A stretch of DNA of 64,000 bases from Alphaproteobacteria bacterium (lineage in GTDB: Bacteria > Pseudomonadota > Alphaproteobacteria > Bin95), in assembly GCA_030833925.1 (NCBI GenBank), contig JAURGE010000008.1:6617-70616 (forward strand), in the 5' to 3' direction. Both the position numbers and the translations under genes were made by a program. Shown piece after piece: positions 1-9,344 of this stretch (positions are counted from its first letter, which is position 1; every line of letters starts with the position of its first letter). The notes below the pieces were generated by a model. It worked only from the letters and a program-made list of their open reading frames with translations, was not told the DNA's origin and ran no database searches.

Positions 1-476
1 GATTCCGTAGAGAATAAGCGTAATTGAAGGGGGAATCAGGATGGCGATACCCCTACCACACGCAATGATACCCGCTGACATCCAGACTGGGTAACCCCTG
101 CGGATCATTTCCGGATAGGCTATAATACCCATGGCCGCAGCCATGGCAGTTGAAGAGCCTGAAATAGCACCAAACAAGACGGCAGCGAGCAGCGTGGCAT
201 AAGCAAACCCGCCAGGCAGCCAGCCAATCAGCGCATCCGCAAAATTGAATAGCTTAGAAATCAAGCCGGTTTTTTCCATTAAAAAACCGGCATAAATGAA
301 GAAGGGAATTGCCATCAAAGTGTAACTGTTCAGAAACTGAAAAAATGCTCTGAACAGTGCGTTAGGACCCAACATTGGGTCCGAAATCACCACCAAAATA
401 GTTGCGCCAGCAAGCGCTATACCGATTGGTGCTGCAGCCAACATCAATCCGATTAATGATCCGCCAAGAGCCCACA
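1..476 (-). CDS. dctM: TRAP transporter large permease DctM (N-terminal part; gene runs past window start)
   Basis: ATG at 476..474 on the minus strand. Translation MWALGGSLIGLMLAAAPIGIALAGATILVVISDPMLGPNALFRAFFQFLNSYTLMAIPFF... is a polytopic membrane protein typical of DctM. It lies downstream of dctP and dctQ on the same strand. Not in the ORF track because it is truncated. Confidence 0.8.
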
Positions 477-521
477 TATTAGTTCGTCCCTGTTATACGC
501 AACGGCCTGGGAGCCAGAGCT

Positions 522-1082
522 TTATATATCTGTGTGTATTTCAGCGGGTGCCCATTCAAAAACGGACTTACCCATTAAAGCACGGATATCTTGATAAAGA
601 TGAAAGAGCGTTACCAAAGCCATAAGAGCGAAAGCCGCTAGCAACATGGCCTGGAAAGGCCACAACAGCAGGAACATGCTCTGAGAGGTTCGGCCAGTCA
701 TCATTGTTCTTTCCACCGCTGGAAAACCCCAATAGGCAAAGAAGCTGAAGAAGAACAATGAGAAGGCTGAAACACCTAAGCGAAGGAAAATGACTGTCTT
801 TTCGAAGCCCCAACCACGGAGCAGATCAGTAAAAGCACTCATGACAAGATGAGCGCGCTTTGCCTGAGTCACTACAAAATAAATAAACACCGACCCAATG
901 ATCACATAAATTACAAAATCTTGTCCCCACTCGTGCACAACACCGAAAATGTACCTGCGAAAAACTTCGTAGATGGCAAATAGTGTGCCACCCAGCAGTC
1001 CGATCGATGCTAAGTTCCCTAAAACTCTGTCTGTTATGAAGCGAATACCTCTATAGAGGCTGTCTAAAGCACTATCCATGTC
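522..1082 (-). CDS. dctQ: TRAP transporter small permease DctQ
   Basis: The ORF 522..1220 encodes a hydrophobic ~4-TM protein between dctP and dctM. An internal ATG at 1082 (MDSALDSLYRG...) gives a ~186-aa product, typical of DctQ. The 232-aa start at 1220 is possible but less likely. Confidence 0.65.
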   Translation of the reverse strand, partial: DMDSALDSLYRGIRFITDRVLGNLASIGLLGGTLFAIYEVFRRYIFGVVHEWGQDFVIYVIIGSVFIYFVVTQAKRAHLVMSAFTDLLRGWGFEKTVIFLRLGVSAFSLFFFSFFAYWGFPAVERTMMTGRTSQSMFLLLWPFQAMLLAAFALMALVTLFHLYQDIRALMGKSVFEWAPAEIHTDI

Positions 1083-1253
1083 AGAAGTCCTGTCAAAGGG
1101 CGCACGCGACAAGCATTCAATTTGCGATAAGCGGGCGGCGAGTAATAAAAAATTATGTGAAAGATTGGCCCACTTCTGGAGTGGAAGTGCGCTCAACCCA
1201 ACACCTTCGACCAGACACAAAAATGCCCGGCCGAAGGTTTATGAGGCTTACTA

Positions 1254-2375
1254 TTATTTCTTTGTGTACTTTGTGAAGTAAGGCTTAATCTTTTCGCAGT
1301 CGGTCTTTTCCAACTGGCTGCTGCCGGTTGGATTGGCCTCAACGAGCGCGTCAGCCTCTGCAGCAAACTTATCTACCCATGCATCTGCATCGGCAGGCGT
1401 GTTTGCCTTAATCCACTTACCTGTAGCGACTGCAGCCTTCTTAACAAAGCTGGCCTGCTGTTTGTCCATGACGTAGATGCCTGGCTTAGAGGGATCTTTT
1501 GTCTCATACTTTTCCACCAGACGGCGGTCATTACAGAAATTAACTTGCTTTTGGAACGGCATGACGTCGTTTACGAACATATCACGAAGTAAATCGCGTT
1601 GTTCTTTATCCAAACGTGCGAGCCATTGCTTTGATGCACCAATCCAATAGTAGTCGCCAACGATACCATTCAGCCCAGCAATGGTGAAGAATGGCGCCTG
1701 ATCTTTGGTGGTGTTAAATCCACCCAAAGAGGTTAACAGACCATCAATTACACCTGTTTGGAGAGCGGGCGGCACGTCGCCAAATGCCATGGTGGTGGGA
1801 TTAGCACCAAGCGCGGCAAGGAGTGCGTTTTCAGCAGGGCCCATCGAGCGGATTTTTTTGCCTTTAAAATCGTCTGGCCCCATTAAACGTTGGCCTGAAC
1901 CGGCACCCATATACATTGACAAGTGACCAGCAGCAAAAACCTCGACGTCATGAACTTTGTCAAAACGATCAACTAGGAACTTATACGTTGAGGTTGTTTC
2001 TAATGAGTTAATGGCACCAGGCGTTGTTAGAAGCTGAGGTCCAACTACGAGGTTCATGTAAGGATCAACAGCTGCGGTCTTACCGAACTGGCCCCAAGTC
2101 ATTTCAAGGTTACCCTCGGTCATTGCCTCAACCGCTTCTGGGATACGGTAGAGAGCACCCGCAAAATACAAACGCACTTCGCTTCCAGGAACCTGAGCCT
2201 CAAGCTTCTCTTTGAAATATGTCATCGCAATGCCAGCCGGGTGGGGCGGGCCAGTGAGGTCAGCTGCGATACGAATTGTCATTGGCTTAACGTCAGCTGA
2301 CGCTGCCGCTGCACCAAAAACCGTCAATGCGGCGGCGGCGGCTGCAGAAAGCAGGCCTTTCTTGCCAAACTGCAT
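1254..2375 (-). CDS. dctP: TRAP transporter substrate-binding protein (DctP family)
   Basis: Periplasmic protein with a signal peptide (MQFGKKGLLSAAAAAALTVFGAAAASA). DctP-family length and composition. An RBS-like GGGAGA sits 7 nt upstream of the ATG at 2375. First gene of a P-Q-M operon. Confidence 0.85.
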   Translation of the reverse strand: MQFGKKGLLSAAAAAALTVFGAAAASADVKPMTIRIAADLTGPPHPAGIAMTYFKEKLEAQVPGSEVRLYFAGALYRIPEAVEAMTEGNLEMTWGQFGKTAAVDPYMNLVVGPQLLTTPGAINSLETTSTYKFLVDRFDKVHDVEVFAAGHLSMYMGAGSGQRLMGPDDFKGKKIRSMGPAENALLAALGANPTTMAFGDVPPALQTGVIDGLLTSLGGFNTTKDQAPFFTIAGLNGIVGDYYWIGASKQWLARLDKEQRDLLRDMFVNDVMPFQKQVNFCNDRRLVEKYETKDPSKPGIYVMDKQQASFVKKAAVATGKWIKANTPADADAWVDKFAAEADALVEANPTGSSQLEKTDCEKIKPYFTKYTKK

Positions 2376-2518
2376 GTGTTTTTCTCCCTGTTTGATACTC
2401 AATCTTACTTAAAATGGCACCCGTCGACTAATCGACTTAAAGCACATTTCTTTCATATTACCCGTACTTGAGCTTTGGCGCGAGTGAAAAAGATAAAAAT
2501 CATATTATATGCGGTTGT

Positions 2519-3469
2519 TCACGAAATCACTCTGACCGGATTTCCACTTATCCAGGCCCGAACACACTCGACGGTCTGTTGATAAAATATGTCCAGAGTG
2601 TCTTCAGTCACGTAACCCAGGTGTGGTGTCAGAACAGCGTTGTCCAACGTCCTTATAGGATGATCAGCCGGCAGTGGTTCAGTTCCGTATACGTCGAGCC
2701 CAGCTCCTCCAATAGTTCCAGCTTGAAGAACAGCTAGCAAAGCATCCTCATCGATGATGGGCCCCCGCGATGTATTCACGATGCATGCGGTTGGCTTCAT
2801 CATGTCAAGATCGGCTCGCCCAACCAGACCCCGAGTTCTGTCGCCTAAAACTAGATGGACCGAAATAAAATCTGATTCCTTAAATAGGGTCTTTTTATCA
2901 ACTAACTTCGCCCCATGGGCTTTGCAGGTCTCCTCGGTTAAGTTTTGGCTCCAAGCAATCAGGTTCATGTTAAAAGCGCGAGCGTAAACGGCGAGTTGCT
3001 GGCCAAGCTTCCCCAAACCAAGCAAGCCCAGCGTGGCACCATTAAGGCTTCTGCCAATCGTAGTCTGCCACTCGCCCCTGCGCATCTTGCGCCCCTCTTG
3101 AGGGATAGAGCGAGCAAGTGAAAGAATAAGTCCCATCGCAAGCTCTGGAGTAGGAGTGTGACTTCCACTTGTTCCTGTCACCACAACATTGCAGTCACGG
3201 GCAGCGTCCATATCTATCGCTGCATTTCGCATACCCGTCGTTGCAATTAGCTTCAGATTTGGTAGTGCTTTTATTACGGCAGCCGGAAAAGCTGTTCGCT
3301 CTCGCATCAGACAAACAACATCGAAAGGCTGCAGGCGCTCGATAACTCGGGCCTGGTCTGCCTGATGATCCCTAAAAACTGTTACGTCTAAACCACTCCA
3401 ATCTGCAGCTTTCAATGCTGCGCCTTGATAATCGTCCATGATCGCTATTTTGGTCATTCGCGAGGGCAT
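2519..3469 (-). CDS. D-isomer-specific 2-hydroxyacid dehydrogenase (NAD-binding)
   Basis: GLLGLGKLGQ Rossmann motif and a catalytic-domain pattern (...NTSRGPIIDEDAL...LDVYGTEPLP...TPHLGY). Confidence 0.8.
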   Translation of the reverse strand: MPSRMTKIAIMDDYQGAALKAADWSGLDVTVFRDHQADQARVIERLQPFDVVCLMRERTAFPAAVIKALPNLKLIATTGMRNAAIDMDAARDCNVVVTGTSGSHTPTPELAMGLILSLARSIPQEGRKMRRGEWQTTIGRSLNGATLGLLGLGKLGQQLAVYARAFNMNLIAWSQNLTEETCKAHGAKLVDKKTLFKESDFISVHLVLGDRTRGLVGRADLDMMKPTACIVNTSRGPIIDEDALLAVLQAGTIGGAGLDVYGTEPLPADHPIRTLDNAVLTPHLGYVTEDTLDIFYQQTVECVRAWISGNPVRVIS

Positions 3470-3515
3470 CCTTAATTTTGCCTAGTTCTTTTTGTTACGA
3501 TGCGCGTGAAGCCTT

Positions 3516-5096
3516 GTGCCTGTCCAGCCAAAAGGCAATAAATCGTTCAGGCGCGTGTGGAGTAGCAGTTCGATGAGAAACAGTGTTTTCCGCTGGGAAG
3601 TTGCCTCTCGGACCATCGTGTTGGCGGTGATTACAATTTCCCTGGCTGCATGCCAGGCCAACCAAACGGGCCCACTCGCTCCAGAGCAATCCATCAACAG
3701 GCCAAACCTTAAAAAGGTCTCTAGCAGCGTATCAAACTCACGCAGCAAAACATCAGAACCAGTGTCACGCAGCAAACCACTGGAACCAGTATCACGTGAA
3801 AAACTGGTTAACCCAGATCGGACTGCCCCATTGCGCCTTGCCTTACTTACACCTCTCTCTGGCAACAAAGAGGTTGAAGGCCGGGAAATTAGCAATGGTG
3901 CTGCTATGGCGATACTTGATACGCCTGAGATTGCAGCTGAATTATTATCCTATGATACGGGTATTGATCCTATAAAGGCAGCATCAGCTGCTGCTTCTGA
4001 TAACTCAGATATTATTATTGGCCCCCTCTTAAACCACGAAACTGCCGCAATTTCCCCCATTCTCGCGAAAGAGGGCCTGATAGGGCTCTCATTTACTAAA
4101 GACAGCAGGATTATTGGCTCAAATGTTTTTGTTATGGGACGAGCCATAGAGCTAGAGACATCAAGAATCCTTCGACATGCTGCGAGCACTGGATCACGCC
4201 GCGTCGCCGTTTTTGGACGTCAAGGCCCCTTAGCTGATGCCAGTACCGACCAGGCTCTTCGAGAAGCCAATATCGCAAATCGGTTAGTGGTAAGCCGTGA
4301 GATATTCGGTGAAAAAGAAGACTACACATCGATTGCTCGCAAGGTGAGTGAATTAACCAAAAACGACGTTCGGCAAGCTAATAGAAAGGAAAATGCGGCA
4401 CAGCTTAAAGCAAACCTCAACGATTCCAGCGATCCTAGTGATGCCCTAAACTCAATGGCTGCCAGGTATGCAGGTAGAGAAAAGCGATTGCTTGAAAGTC
4501 TAGCTCGCTCCTACAAACGAATGACTAGCGCTGGCACTTCATCGTCGTCCGCAATTAATGCGATTGTAACGCGGTATTCTGCGGCCGGCGGACTAGGTAA
4601 AAGCCCGATTGATACTTTCCTACTGACAGTCAGTGGTGCAGAACTATCGACAATCGCTCCAATGTTTCAACTTTATGACTCAGAGGCAGCTGGGGTTCGC
4701 CTACTCGGTTTCTCTCGTTGGAAGGAAATGGATCCCCAACGTGCCCGCGAACTTCATGGTGGCCGCTTTCCCGCAGAACCAACCGACGACACATTCAGCA
4801 ATCGTTATAAAGACGCATTCGGGTCAGCACCCACAGAATTAGCGGGAATAGCATATGATTCGGTACGCCTTGCACTCGCGGCCGGTCGCATCGGCTACCG
4901 CCCATTACCAGCAGAGGCAATCTGGAACGCAGGCACAGTCAAGGGAGCTCACGGCCCTGTGCGCATGTCAGTCAAAGGCATGGCACTCCGCCCCTTGCAA
5001 GTTGTTGAAATACAACCAGACGGTTTTCAGGTGGTCGAACAAGCTTTGATACTCGACCCATTCGCATCTACAAGAGAAACATTAGGGTCGAAGTAA
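3516..5096 (+). CDS. Lipoprotein with a periplasmic-binding-protein type I domain; LpoA/LppC-like putative penicillin-binding-protein activator
   Basis: Lipobox LAVITISLAAC. Ser/Pro/Lys-rich repeat linker (SRSKTSEPV/SRSKPLEPV/SREKLVNPD), then a PBP-I-like domain (RLALLTPLSGNKEV...IIIGPLLNHETAAI...). Family assignment is from memory of LpoA architecture and was not searched. True start may be the internal M at ~3573. Confidence 0.5.
   Translation: MPVQPKGNKSFRRVWSSSSMRNSVFRWEVASRTIVLAVITISLAACQANQTGPLAPEQSINRPNLKKVSSSVSNSRSKTSEPVSRSKPLEPVSREKLVNPDRTAPLRLALLTPLSGNKEVEGREISNGAAMAILDTPEIAAELLSYDTGIDPIKAASAAASDNSDIIIGPLLNHETAAISPILAKEGLIGLSFTKDSRIIGSNVFVMGRAIELETSRILRHAASTGSRRVAVFGRQGPLADASTDQALREANIANRLVVSREIFGEKEDYTSIARKVSELTKNDVRQANRKENAAQLKANLNDSSDPSDALNSMAARYAGREKRLLESLARSYKRMTSAGTSSSSAINAIVTRYSAAGGLGKSPIDTFLLTVSGAELSTIAPMFQLYDSEAAGVRLLGFSRWKEMDPQRARELHGGRFPAEPTDDTFSNRYKDAFGSAPTELAGIAYDSVRLALAAGRIGYRPLPAEAIWNAGTVKGAHGPVRMSVKGMALRPLQVVEIQPDGFQVVEQALILDPFASTRETLGSK
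3738..3818 (+). repeat. Imperfect 27-bp tandem repeat (3 units) inside the lipoprotein gene, encoding a 9-aa SR(S/E)K..EPV repeat linker
   Basis: Read directly: tcacgcagcaaaacatcagaaccagtg / tcacgcagcaaaccactggaaccagta / tcacgtgaaaaactggttaacccagat. Confidence 0.7.
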
Positions 5097-5114
5097 TAAT
5101 CCAAGGCAACCTAT

Positions 5115-5798
5115 ATGGATCATCTATCTGAACTCTGGCCAGTCATTGCTCTTACTTTGCGCTTAGCCCTGGTTACAACCATTTTTCTGCTGGTCGTTGG
5201 GACACCGATTGCATGGGCTTTAGCTCGATGCCAATCCAGATGGAAAGAACCATTGGCGGCAATTATTGCTATGCCGTTAGTGTTGCCGCCTACGGCACTT
5301 GGTTTCTACTTGTTACTTGCTCTAGGGCCAGACGGACCAGGTGGTTGGATCGCAGAACTGTGGGGTGCGCGCAGTCTTGCCTTCACATTTGCAGGCCTCG
5401 TCATTGGTTCAATGGTCTATTCGCTACCGTTTGTTGTGCAACCTATTAGAAATGCGTTTGAAACTATCCGAGAACCAACTCTGGAAGCTGCCCGTACTTT
5501 AGGGGCTTCGCCAATTGATATTTTTTTTCGCTTAGCCTTGCCACTTGCAAAGCGCGGCATTCTGACAGGCGCTATACTCGCGTTTGCACATACAGTTGGT
5601 GAATTCGGTGTCATCCTTATGATTGGCGGAGATATTCCTGGAGAAACTCGCGTTGCTTCAGTCGCGTTGTATGATTTCGTCGAGACGTTGGAATGGGGCA
5701 AAGCCCATATCCTAGCTGCTGGAATGATAATATTTGCGTTCCTTGTTGTACTTACGGCACTCCTGCTTGGAAACAGCCAGCGGGAATCAATAAATTGA
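5115..5798 (+). CDS. modB: Molybdate ABC transporter permease ModB
   Basis: Resembles E. coli ModB across the EAA loop region ([50 protein letters not shown]). Confidence 0.8.
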   Translation: MDHLSELWPVIALTLRLALVTTIFLLVVGTPIAWALARCQSRWKEPLAAIIAMPLVLPPTALGFYLLLALGPDGPGGWIAELWGARSLAFTFAGLVIGSMVYSLPFVVQPIRNAFETIREPTLEAARTLGASPIDIFFRLALPLAKRGILTGAILAFAHTVGEFGVILMIGGDIPGETRVASVALYDFVETLEWGKAHILAAGMIIFAFLVVLTALLLGNSQRESIN

Positions 5799-6886
5799 AG
5801 CCGGACTGCATTACAGCTCATTTCAAAGGATTAGTTGGCACCTTTTACGTTGACGCCAAGTTTGAAATACCGTTGCTTGGTGTGACAGCTCTATTTGGGC
5901 CATCTGGTTCGGGAAAAACCACGATACTCCGCTGCATAGCTGGGCTGACACGGCTACAGGGTGAACTCAAGGTTGGATCTTGGACTTGGCAGGATTCCAA
6001 ACAATTCACACCTACCCACCTCCGCTCGATTGGATACGCATTTCAGCACGCCGAGCTATTCCCGCATCTTACTGTAGCAGGCAATTTAGCTTTCGCAGGG
6101 AAGTATTCTGATCGACGGCAGGGTCATAGATTGAGAATAAACAGCGCTGACATTGTAGCACTTTTAGGACTGGAACCTTTACTGAACAGGCAGCCAAATA
6201 AGCTCTCAGGAGGGGAACGCCAGCGCGTAAGCATTGCTCGCGCCCTGCTCTCTCAACCTCGCATCCTGCTTATGGACGAACCCCTTGCCAGTCTTGACCA
6301 AGCTGCAAAGGAAGAAATTTTACCCTACATCGAAAGCCTTAACAGAACCTCAGGCATTCCGGTCATATATGTCAGCCACGATATTGGTGAGGTCGCACGC
6401 CTCGCTGATCGAGTCCTTCAAATATCTGAAGGCCAGGTTGTAGGCATGGGGCCGATAGGTGAAATGATAGAACGTCTTGGCTTAGATGCTGGTGTTCCCG
6501 CATTTGAAGAAAGTGCGCTTCTAAAGGGTCGAATCGCCAGTCATGACCAAACCAATCGAATAACGCAAATTGATCTTTCCCCTGGCGAATTGGCGGCGCC
6601 AAACATCAACCTTCCAGTAGGGCAAGAAGTGCGCGTCAGAGTCCGTGCCCGTGACGTTGCCGTTGCGCTAGAACGACCTCGTGCAATTAGCATTCGAAAC
6701 ATACTCTCAGCGACAGTGGCAGAGTGCGTTGCCCAGGAAAATATGGGCTCTGCAGATATTATTTTAGATATTGGCGACCAGCGCCTTCGGGCTCGAATAA
6801 CGCTTGCTTCTCTTTCCGACCTGAATTTACAGCCAGGACAGCAAGTCTACGCCTTAATCAAAAGTGTAACGTTTGATGGACGTTAG
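5795..6886 (+). CDS. modC: Molybdate ABC transporter ATP-binding protein ModC with C-terminal Mop/TOBE domain
   Basis: Walker [25 protein letters not shown] signature, C-terminal TOBE-like region. Likely TTG start at 5795 overlapping the modB stop (TTGA). The ORF track gives an earlier start at 5693 that overlaps modB. Confidence 0.8.
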   Translation: MKPDCITAHFKGLVGTFYVDAKFEIPLLGVTALFGPSGSGKTTILRCIAGLTRLQGELKVGSWTWQDSKQFTPTHLRSIGYAFQHAELFPHLTVAGNLAFAGKYSDRRQGHRLRINSADIVALLGLEPLLNRQPNKLSGGERQRVSIARALLSQPRILLMDEPLASLDQAAKEEILPYIESLNRTSGIPVIYVSHDIGEVARLADRVLQISEGQVVGMGPIGEMIERLGLDAGVPAFEESALLKGRIASHDQTNRITQIDLSPGELAAPNINLPVGQEVRVRVRARDVAVALERPRAISIRNILSATVAECVAQENMGSADIILDIGDQRLRARITLASLSDLNLQPGQQVYALIKSVTFDGR

Positions 6887-8079
6887 TTTTCGCTGAGGAA
6901 ATTGGTCAAGCGGTCCATAGCTTTGGTCAACCTCTCAGGTGAAGAGGCAAAGCAAAGACGGATCCATCCCTCTCCCTCTGGTCCAAAGGCACTACCAGGA
7001 GCCACGCCAACCTTAGTGGCTTGATATAGCTGCTTCGCCCAATTCAAACTGTTGTCCATCCCTTCCACCTGAAAGAAGGCGTAGAAGGCTGCTTTAGGCA
7101 TCGACGCTGCTACACGAGGGTGCTCCAACAGTGCGGACATGACGATGTCTCTCCCTTGGCGGCACCTTTCGCGAATGTCACTGACGAGCCCTTCTCCCTC
7201 GGAAACGGCCACTAACGCCGCCTTCTGGAGAAATGGAGGAACAGAACTAATGCTGTATTCGATTAGTTCGGTGAAAGCATGACTTAGCCAAGCAGGGTGG
7301 GTCAGCCATCCCACCCGCCAACCGGTCATAGCCCAACTTTTTGAGAAGCTGTTCACCACGATCACGGCATCATCTGGCTCAGCTATGTCTAAGAACGACG
7401 GCGCCACCGTTCTTTCGTAGACTAAGCGAGCGTAGACCTCATCTGACATTATCCATATGCCACGCCTTCGAGCGTAGTCCAAAATTTCTTGCTGTTGAGT
7501 TGACTCCATCATCCAACCCGTTGGATTCCCAGGTGAATTGATGAAAATCAAACGAGTAGAGTCATCACAAGCCGCAAAAAGCGTTTCGAGGTTTAAGCGC
7601 CATACACCGTTCTCGGCTTCCAGAGCTACAACGCGCGTCTCTGCGCCAGTAAATTCAGCTGTCGCCTGTGCATTTGGCCAAAGAGGACCAACGAGCACAC
7701 AGTTATCTCCACTCTGCAAAATCGCTTGCATAGCAGTGAGGATTCCATGCATGCCTGAAGCCGTAACCGTTACCCGTTCTGGGTCTATTCTTTGGTCGTA
7801 GAGATGGCTCATGTAGCTCGAGAGCGCCTCTCTTAGCTCTGGTAACCCCCGTTTATGACTATAAAAAGTCTCTCCTGCGAGCATTGCTTTGTGCGCTGCG
7901 TCGCAGATGAAGCTTGGCGTAGGAACATCACCTTCGCCATACCACAAGGGTATAGCATCCTTGTCACCCAAGCCTAGACGCGCCACTTCCCCTATTAATT
8001 GTGGCGTTGCATTGGCAACTAGCGCACGAATACGTGCAAGGCCAGGCGCATCGACTGGCCCCCTAATCGACTGCATCAA
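6883..8079 (-). CDS. PLP-dependent aminotransferase, class I (aspartate/aromatic aminotransferase family)
   Basis: SFSKSWAMTGWRVGW Schiff-base lysine motif, typical fold I length (398 aa). Confidence 0.8.
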   Translation of the reverse strand: MMQSIRGPVDAPGLARIRALVANATPQLIGEVARLGLGDKDAIPLWYGEGDVPTPSFICDAAHKAMLAGETFYSHKRGLPELREALSSYMSHLYDQRIDPERVTVTASGMHGILTAMQAILQSGDNCVLVGPLWPNAQATAEFTGAETRVVALEAENGVWRLNLETLFAACDDSTRLIFINSPGNPTGWMMESTQQQEILDYARRRGIWIMSDEVYARLVYERTVAPSFLDIAEPDDAVIVVNSFSKSWAMTGWRVGWLTHPAWLSHAFTELIEYSISSVPPFLQKAALVAVSEGEGLVSDIRERCRQGRDIVMSALLEHPRVAASMPKAAFYAFFQVEGMDNSLNWAKQLYQATKVGVAPGSAFGPEGEGWIRLCFASSPERLTKAMDRLTNFLSEN

Positions 8080-8112
8080 TCGCTCCTGATCAGGGAGTGG
8101 CTATAGGCGATA

Positions 8113-8886
8113 TTAGCTGCGGTAGCTGGGGTCCTGACGATCTAGCCCACGCAGAAGCCCAGGCCATGCACGTTCCCCCTTAGGCTCTGGCCCAGGGGCA
8201 CCAAATTTGGCTAGGCTGGCCAGCGCATCATCATCAGGAACAATGTACTTCTTACCAGAAGCCAATACATCTACCTGAATTTTGCAGCTCATTTCCATGT
8301 AATAGAGAAAATGGAATGCCTCGGCCGCAGAACGACCACAGGCAAGCAAGCCATGATTGCGCAGCACCATCAGGTACTTATCACCAATATCTCTTTGGAG
8401 GCGGTCGCACTCATCTTGATCAGAAGTTACCTGGGCATAGTCATGATAAGCAACCTGGTCGAGGATGATATTCGAATGTTGCGATAGTGGCAGAAGCCCA
8501 CACTCCATAGCGGAGACTGCTGTGCCTGCTCGAGAATGAGTATGCAGCACAAAGTTGACGTCGGGACGCGCTTTTAAGACAGCTGTGTGAATAAGATGAC
8601 CAGCCTGATTGTACTCGCCGCCAGGTGGATCAATTACATTGCCATCCCAATCTGCCTTGATCAGCGAAGAGGCCGTTATTTCGTCGAAAAACAGACCATA
8701 AGGATTTATGAGGTAGGTGTTTTCCTCTCCGGGAACGCGCGCGGAGATGTGCGTGTAGATTAGATCTGTCCAGCCGTATCTTACAAAAAGGCGATAAAGG
8801 GCAGCTAAATCTACTCGGGTCTGCCACTCAGCTTCCGAATACTTTGAATCGACAGCTCTTAGTGCTGGTTGAGCAGGAGGTGTCAT
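8113..8886 (-). CDS. Class II aldolase/adducin family protein
   Basis: LHTHSRAGTAVS...LRNHGLLACG motifs of class II aldolase/adducin head domain. Start set to the ATG at 8886 (MTPPAQPA) because the longer ORF overlaps the upstream gene. Confidence 0.7.
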   Translation of the reverse strand: MTPPAQPALRAVDSKYSEAEWQTRVDLAALYRLFVRYGWTDLIYTHISARVPGEENTYLINPYGLFFDEITASSLIKADWDGNVIDPPGGEYNQAGHLIHTAVLKARPDVNFVLHTHSRAGTAVSAMECGLLPLSQHSNIILDQVAYHDYAQVTSDQDECDRLQRDIGDKYLMVLRNHGLLACGRSAAEAFHFLYYMEMSCKIQVDVLASGKKYIVPDDDALASLAKFGAPGPEPKGERAWPGLLRGLDRQDPSYRS

Positions 8887-8897
8887 AGCTTCTCTCC

Positions 8898-9203
8898 TTA
8901 GAGTTTTTGTTTGATTTCGATAACTTCGCGGGTGCGGGTAACTTTTCCATCCCAAAGACGATCGAACTCCGCAATAAGGGCCTTGATCGCGTCAGATGAA
9001 GCGATGGACCGAGCTCGGTCTAGGTCTGGAAATTCATACAAGGCTATATGAACACCCGGAGTCACATCACTCCATCCGCGCTCAGCGCCCTGTGCCTGAA
9101 ATGCCTTAATTGCATCTGGCAGATGTTCAGTTTCATACCAATGATCAAAGTCGTCACGACTATCTTCGGAGACTTCCGCTCGGACGATAAGATAGGCAGA
9201 CAT
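8898..9203 (-). CDS. Small α+β-barrel-type protein (possibly DUF4286-like), hypothetical
   Basis: 101 aa. Motif FDHWYETEHLPD recalls the DUF4286/EthD-type pattern. Codon usage matches its neighbours. Assignment tentative. Confidence 0.45.
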   Translation of the reverse strand: MSAYLIVRAEVSEDSRDDFDHWYETEHLPDAIKAFQAQGAERGWSDVTPGVHIALYEFPDLDRARSIASSDAIKALIAEFDRLWDGKVTRTREVIEIKQKL

Positions 9204-9344
9204 TTTTAATTGGCTCCTGACGCTGCAACTCTATTGAAACAGGTGTTGGCTTATCTCGCAATCATCATCAGACATCCGAAACAAGACCAAAAAGGACAGC
9301 CGCATTGCTACGGCCCAGTTAAACAAACCTTGGGTCATGTTTCC

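Noticed and set aside
1078-1281. Short ORF in the dctP–dctQ spacer, and the many 60 to 170-aa antisense ORFs in the track (for example 3482..3895, 11222..11461, 18775..19284, 30656..31108, 45680..46077, 53873..54322)
   Set aside because: They lie inside or antisense to well-supported genes, with biased composition and no RBS, typical of overprinted frames.
3516-5096. The lipoprotein as a substitute molybdate-binding protein for ModBC
   Set aside because: Its fold class (type-I PBP, Liv/LpoA-like) is not one that docks to ModB-type (type-II SBP partner) permeases. Kept only as a co-location oddity.
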